From contig NC_019703.1 in the NCBI RefSeq assembly GCF_000317045.1, forward strand, positions 3,440,934 to 3,480,933: a stretch of DNA of 40,000 bases, in the 5' to 3' direction. Origin of the DNA: Geitlerinema sp. PCC 7407 (GTDB lineage Bacteria; Cyanobacteriota; Cyanobacteriia; PCC-7407). This document shows, piece by piece, positions 35,762-40,000 of this stretch. The notes under the pieces were generated by a model, which was given only the letters and a program-made list of their open reading frames with translations, was not told where the DNA came from and searched no databases. How positions within the stretch are numbered: position 1 is the stretch's first letter; every line of letters starts with the position of its first letter. The position numbers were made by a program, and so were the translations under genes.

Positions 35762-37714
35762 ATGGGATATCGTCGGACGAATTCTGGGAGAGATGATCAA
35801 GGTTCACTGAAGCCGCGCTCAGCGGTGGCAGGGCGATCGCGGCATTTGCGCTGGCTACTGCTAGGCAGCTTGGCTTTGCTCGGGCTGGCAGCAGCCTTAC
35901 CCAAGCCGGATATAGCGGCAGTCCCTGCGGCGCGCGAGACCGTTACGCCCACCTGGACCGGCGTGGCAAAGGCGATCGCCCAGACACCCTCTAGCAGCGC
36001 AGCCCAACCCCTCCAGGAGGGCCGACGAATTTCGATCAATGGCCGCAGCACGAGCGCGGCTTGGGGCCAGTGGGCCGCCAGCGGCAATTCGGCTCAGCCC
36101 CGGATTGCGATTAGCGATAGCGATTTGCCGAAGGTGCTGGGAATCGACCTGCTCAACACAGACAGCCTCAGCCAGCAGCCTGTTCAGTGGTTTGCCCAGG
36201 GCGGAGTTGCGCTGCCGACGCGGCTCACGGGCCAGCATCGGTATCTGGACATCACGGACTTTGCTCGGAGCCTGGGCTGGACCACAAGCGTCAACGGCGA
36301 CACGCTCCAAATCCAGACACCCACGGCCCAGGTGATCAATGTGCGAGAAGGCCGCCACAGCTGGGGCGATCGCATTGTGCTGGACGTCGATGGACCGATC
36401 CCCTTTGAGATGCAAGAACAGGCCCAAGTGCTGACCCTGAGCCTCGATGCGGCGATCGCCCCTGCCCTGGGACCCGCGATCGCCAAAATGAGCGCTGCCC
36501 CCTCTTCTGGCACCAAACCCTCCGCCACTCCCGCCAACAATCGCCGCTTCCGCAGCATCACCAGCATCAAGCCCAACGGTCGCCAGACCCTCTTGCAGCT
36601 GAGACTACCAGCGGACTCCGCCTATCAATTTTTCACCCTGGCCAACCCCAACCGCATCGTGATTGACGTGCGTCGCGACGCACTGCCCAACCGCAGCATC
36701 GCTTGGGCTCCCGGCGTTCGCTGGCGTCAGCAAATGGTCTCTAGCGGCCGCCGTTCCCATCCCGTTGTCTGGCTTGAGGTGGACCTGCGCCAGCGCGGCC
36801 TGAGTCTTCAGCCGATCACCAGCAGCGCCAGCACGATCGCGGGCATTGAGCCGCTGCTGCGTCTTGCACAGCAATCACGGGCAATCGCGGCCATCAACGG
36901 CGGCTTTTTTAATCGCAACAACAAGCTGCCCCTAGGGGCTATTCGCCAAGAGGGACGCTGGCTCTCGGGTCCGATTCTCAATCGCGGGGCGATCGCCTGG
37001 GATAGCCAAGGCAACATCCAGATGGGCCGCCTCAGCCTTCAGGAAGTCTTGAGCACCGGCAGCGGTCAGCGCTTCCCCATCACCACGCTCAACAGCGGCT
37101 ACATCCAGGCAGGTTTTGCGCGCTACACGCCCACCTGGGGCCCCTACACCCCCCTCAGCGACAACGAGATCTTGATTTTTGTCGAAGGCGATCGCGTCCT
37201 GCGTCAACAAACCACGGGCAAAGCAGGCAGCGGCACCGTCACCATTCCGGCCAACGGGTATCTCCTCGTCGCGCGCTCCAACCGCACTGGCGCCGCCGCT
37301 CTTCCTGCGGGCACCACCCTTACCCTCACCAACGCCACCAATCCCAGCAGCTTTGGTCAATACCCGAACATTATGGGCGGCGGCCCCCTGCTGATCCAGA
37401 ACTCTCAAATCGTCCTGAACGCAGCCGGCGAGCAGTTCAACGCCAACTTTACTCAAGGGGCCGCCGCTCGGAGCGCCCTGGGTCAGACCGCCAACGGCAC
37501 GCTACTCATCGTTGCCACCCACAGCGGCGGTGAAACCGCAGGCCCTACACTGCCAGAAATGGCCCAGATCATGCGAAATTTGGGAGCCGTCAACGCCCTG
37601 AACCTCGACGGAGGCAGCTCCACCACGCTTTACTTGGGCGGGCAACTACTCAACAAACCTCCCCAGAGCGCGGCCCGCGTTCACAACGGCTTGGGTCTTT
37701 TCTGGACCCCCTAA
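35762..37714 (+). CDS. Phosphodiester glycosidase (NAGPA/DUF2233) family protein with N-terminal AMIN-like repeats
   Basis: 650 aa with a signal/TM-like LLLGSLALLGLAAA. It has RIVLDVDGP and NRIVIDVRRD segments (AMIN-like). C-terminal AAINGGFFN...ALNLDGGSSTTLYLGG is typical of the phosphodiester glycosidase family. Confidence 0.75.
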   Translation: MGYRRTNSGRDDQGSLKPRSAVAGRSRHLRWLLLGSLALLGLAAALPKPDIAAVPAARETVTPTWTGVAKAIAQTPSSSAAQPLQEGRRISINGRSTSAAWGQWAASGNSAQPRIAISDSDLPKVLGIDLLNTDSLSQQPVQWFAQGGVALPTRLTGQHRYLDITDFARSLGWTTSVNGDTLQIQTPTAQVINVREGRHSWGDRIVLDVDGPIPFEMQEQAQVLTLSLDAAIAPALGPAIAKMSAAPSSGTKPSATPANNRRFRSITSIKPNGRQTLLQLRLPADSAYQFFTLANPNRIVIDVRRDALPNRSIAWAPGVRWRQQMVSSGRRSHPVVWLEVDLRQRGLSLQPITSSASTIAGIEPLLRLAQQSRAIAAINGGFFNRNNKLPLGAIRQEGRWLSGPILNRGAIAWDSQGNIQMGRLSLQEVLSTGSGQRFPITTLNSGYIQAGFARYTPTWGPYTPLSDNEILIFVEGDRVLRQQTTGKAGSGTVTIPANGYLLVARSNRTGAAALPAGTTLTLTNATNPSSFGQYPNIMGGGPLLIQNSQIVLNAAGEQFNANFTQGAAARSALGQTANGTLLIVATHSGGETAGPTLPEMAQIMRNLGAVNALNLDGGSSTTLYLGGQLLNKPPQSAARVHNGLGLFWTP

Positions 37715-37942
37715 GACCCTCCGCCAGAGGCCTCAGCTTTGAACTCCTTTTACGGAGTGCCCACATTGCTTAAAGAGTTAGTGTAGATTTCCCATCGCAG
37801 CGAGATTACAGATGACATCGGCCCAGATCAGTTTGTTATGGTAGGCCTCAGACCCCCCTATGCGAGGCCTTGGGGATTCTTCAGACCGCCAAGTCCCTCG
37901 CCTTAAAACCGTTCACCTAGGGCTATTTTCAAGGAGAAACCC

Positions 37943-38362
37943 GTGGCTCAACCCCAAGAAATTGCTCACGTCCCCGGCCTTGCGCTCCCAGCTCCTGGAG
38001 CACCCAAAGGCGTAGCAGCAACCGAACTTCGCCCTTGGGGTTCCTTTACGGTCCTAGAGGAAGGCAGGGGCTACAAAATTAAGCGTATCGAGGTCAAACC
38101 CGGTCACCGTCTGAGCCTCCAAATGCATCATCATCGGAGTGAGCATTGGATCGTGGTTTCAGGCACCGCCAAGGTCGTCTGCGGCGATCGCGAACTGCTG
38201 CTGTCGAGCAACCAGTCCACCTACGTCCCGCCTTGTACCAGCCATCGCCTCGAAAACCCAGGCGTGATCTCCCTCGTGCTGATCGAAGTCCAAAACGGCG
38301 AATATCTCGGCGAGGATGACATCGTTCGCTTCCAAGACGACTATGCCCGCGCCGAAAGCTGA
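37943..38362 (+). CDS. Cupin-domain protein (mannose-6-phosphate isomerase type II C-terminal domain-like)
   Basis: 139 aa with a GTG start. RPWGSFTVLEEGRGYKIKRIEVKPGHRLSLQMHHHRSEHWIVVSGTAKV is the classic cupin motif of type II PMI/GMP C-terminal domains. Confidence 0.75.
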   Translation: MAQPQEIAHVPGLALPAPGAPKGVAATELRPWGSFTVLEEGRGYKIKRIEVKPGHRLSLQMHHHRSEHWIVVSGTAKVVCGDRELLLSSNQSTYVPPCTSHRLENPGVISLVLIEVQNGEYLGEDDIVRFQDDYARAES

Positions 38363-38454
38363 ATCAGAACTCGCGCCTTGTAGGCCTGATCGCCAAGTGG
38401 CCTCTGGTTAGCCGCCCCAGCCAAGCCATCTCTAAAACCTAATAGCGTCTCTCC

Positions 38455-38481
38455 AAAGCCTCGCCTTCCCAGCGGGGCTTT
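38455..38481 (+). terminator. Weak terminator-like hairpin after the cupin gene
   Basis: AAAGCCTCGC (38455-38464) / GCGGGGCTTT (38472-38481) with one G-U pair. It is followed only by GTTGGGTTG, a poor U-run. Confidence 0.3.
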
Positions 38482-38641
38482 GTTGGGTTGACAAGCTTTT
38501 TGGCGATCACCCCTCAGCCTATAAACTAAAGAACATCGCTTTTTCCGTCTGCTTCGCAGTCAGCAGAGGTCCATCAGCTGTCTCCAGCAAACAGGCGATC
38601 GCTCCGACCATTCGCTCATCCTCCGACCTTCTGATTTCCCC

Positions 38642-38995
38642 ATGGTTCATTTGAGCAAAGCAGCAGCCAACGAAATTCGGCGTTTGAAATCTCAGCAAAC
38701 CAGCGAAAACGCTCGCGTTCTTCGCATTGGCATGCAATCTGGAGGCTGCTCTGACTGGTCCTACACGCTTGAATTCATTACCGAGCCCAACCCCAGTGAC
38801 CAGCTCACCACCTCAGAAGACCTCACCATCGCGATCGCCGCAGACACCGCTCCCTATCTGGGCGACCTGAGTCTCGACTACTCCGAAGACCTCATGGGCG
38901 GCGGCTTCCGCTTTCACAACCCCGCAGCCGCCAGCACCTGCGGCTGTGGCCACTCCTTTAGCGTCAGCAGCAGCCTAGACTCGTCGCCAGTTTGA
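38642..38995 (+). CDS. Iron-sulfur cluster assembly accessory protein (HesB/IscA/ErpA family)
   Basis: 117 aa. MVHLSKAAANEIRRL...GGCSDWSY...F.NP.A.STCGCGHSF, i.e. the three conserved Cys of A-type carriers (C-x(n)-C-G-C). Confidence 0.85.
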   Translation: MVHLSKAAANEIRRLKSQQTSENARVLRIGMQSGGCSDWSYTLEFITEPNPSDQLTTSEDLTIAIAADTAPYLGDLSLDYSEDLMGGGFRFHNPAAASTCGCGHSFSVSSSLDSSPV

Positions 38996-39021
38996 CAATA
39001 CTCCTCAAAGCTCAGTATGAT
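38992..39021 (+). promoter_or_regulatory. Candidate sigma70-type promoter of the rpsL-rpsG operon
   Basis: TTGACA (38992-38997) and TATGAT (39016-39021) with an 18-nt spacer, about 50 nt upstream of the rpsL ATG. Sequence match only. Confidence 0.45.
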
Positions 39022-39071
39022 TAGAATTTGTTGAAAGTTGGAACGGTTGAAGACCTTACACGCCACAGCTC

Positions 39072-39446
39072 ATGCCCACCATTCAGCAGCTAATTCGTAG
39101 CGAGCGCCAAAAGGCCAAGAAGAAGACTAAGTCGCCAGCCTTGAAGAGCTGTCCGCAACGCCGAGGAGTTTGCACTCGGGTTTACACCACCACCCCCAAG
39201 AAGCCTAACTCAGCCCTGCGTAAAGTCGCGCGGGTCCGTCTAACCTCCGGTTTTGAGGTTACCGCCTACATTCCCGGTATCGGCCACAACCTCCAAGAAC
39301 ACTCCGTTGTGATGATTCGGGGAGGCCGGGTCAAAGATCTGCCGGGCGTACGCTACCACATCATTCGTGGCACCCTAGACACCGCAGGCGTGAAAGACCG
39401 CCGTCAAGGTCGTTCTAAGTACGGCGCCAAGCGGCCAAAAGCTTAA
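39072..39446 (+). CDS. rpsL: 30S ribosomal protein S12
   Basis: 124 aa, [57 protein letters not shown]... Unmistakable S12. Confidence 0.97.
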   Translation: MPTIQQLIRSERQKAKKKTKSPALKSCPQRRGVCTRVYTTTPKKPNSALRKVARVRLTSGFEVTAYIPGIGHNLQEHSVVMIRGGRVKDLPGVRYHIIRGTLDTAGVKDRRQGRSKYGAKRPKA

Positions 39447-39699
39447 ATTGTTAAGGCTTGGTGACAGCAAGGTTCTCAAGCGCATTGGATCCTCGCGACA
39501 GTCTCAACAGACAAGCATCAAGCCCCAAGGGCTAGTTTATTAGCCTTTTGCCTAGGAGTTTTCGATAGCTTCCAGAGCATCAGCAAATTAGCGCTGCTAC
39601 AATATTCGGGCCACTGAGGGTGTGGCAGACTGAGCCTAAAGCAGGTTCAGTTTTATCATGTACATCGACTTACAGGTTTATTCAGTTTAAGGCTCAGCT

Positions 39700-40000
39700 A
39701 TGTCTCGTCGCGGTGTTATCCAAAAACGCTCGGTTCCCCCAGATCCAACCTATAACAGCCGACTCGTGAGCATGATGATCCGTCGCATCATGCACAGCGG
39801 CAAAAAATCCACTGCACGACGGATCGTCTATGACGCCTTCAAGGTCATTGAAGATCGTGTTGGCTCCGATCCCCTAGAAGTATTTGAGCGGGCTGTACGC
39901 AACGCAACCCCTCTCGTAGAAGTTAAAGCTCGCCGGGTTGGCGGTGCGACCTACCAGGTTCCCATGGAAGTCCGCACAGACCGAGGAATTGCCCTCGCTC
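39700..40000 (+). CDS. rpsG: 30S ribosomal protein S7 (5' part, truncated by the window end)
   Basis: ATG at 39700. Own translation: [53 protein letters not shown]...[15 protein letters not shown]. This is S7, and it follows rpsL in the conserved str operon order. Confidence 0.95.
   Translation, partial: MSRRGVIQKRSVPPDPTYNSRLVSMMIRRIMHSGKKSTARRIVYDAFKVIEDRVGSDPLEVFERAVRNATPLVEVKARRVGGATYQVPMEVRTDRGIALA

Noticed and set aside
35348-35800. 150-aa minus-strand ORF in the gltB upstream region
   Set aside because: It overlaps the start of the glycosidase-family gene and shows no recognisable features, so it is probably a non-coding leader or promoter region.
35797-37456. Minus-strand ORFs (69-176 aa) and extra plus-frame ORFs overlapping the glycosidase-family gene
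   Set aside because: They are antisense or off-frame artefacts of a GC-rich coding region, and no motifs are present.
38519-38737. 72-aa minus-strand ORF overlapping the HesB/IscA gene start
   Set aside because: It is antisense to a gene with a clear A-type carrier signature.

Overview
This is a cyanobacterial chromosome segment. HIP1 palindromes (GCGATCGC) occur throughout, and it carries a panC-cmk fusion and a large glutamate synthase. By eye the window splits in two. From about 25.3 to 40 kb it is GC-rich housekeeping DNA: purM, an rlpA-like gene, panC/cmk, gltB, a phosphodiester-glycosidase family gene, a cupin, a HesB/IscA-type gene, rpsL and the start of rpsG. From 1 to about 25.2 kb it is visibly AT-richer accessory DNA with four blocks. 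(1) 1-14.2 kb, all on the minus strand: a Dpd-like 7-deazaguanine DNA-modification/restriction island. It runs queD-queE-small acidic ORF-queC, then a 711-aa DpdA (TGT-like) protein with an extra N-terminal domain. After that come four translationally coupled genes (SNF2 helicase, DEAH/RecQ-like helicase, a 310-aa protein, a 1032-aa P-loop NTPase) and a further gene that runs off the left edge. I see no DpdB, separate DpdC or DpdD. (2) 14.5-17 kb: two unknown genes (one with a zinc-ribbon plus a basic tract) divergent from a tyrosine recombinase. (3) 17-23.9 kb: a Tn7-like transposition module, tnsB-tnsC-short tniQ. Its proteins and tnsB-proximal end (four direct repeats ending ...TTGTACA at 23922) resemble type V-K CRISPR-associated transposons from memory. 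No cas12k, tracrRNA or CRISPR array is present. The slot after tniQ holds two tandem TnsB-core-only paralogues instead, one intact with a D-to-N change in the DDE triad and one decayed. (4) 24.2-25.1 kb: three tandem KGK-like small paralogues. No tRNA, rRNA or CRISPR array was recognised. All family calls rest on motifs read by eye and on recollection of reference sequences, so none is database-verified.
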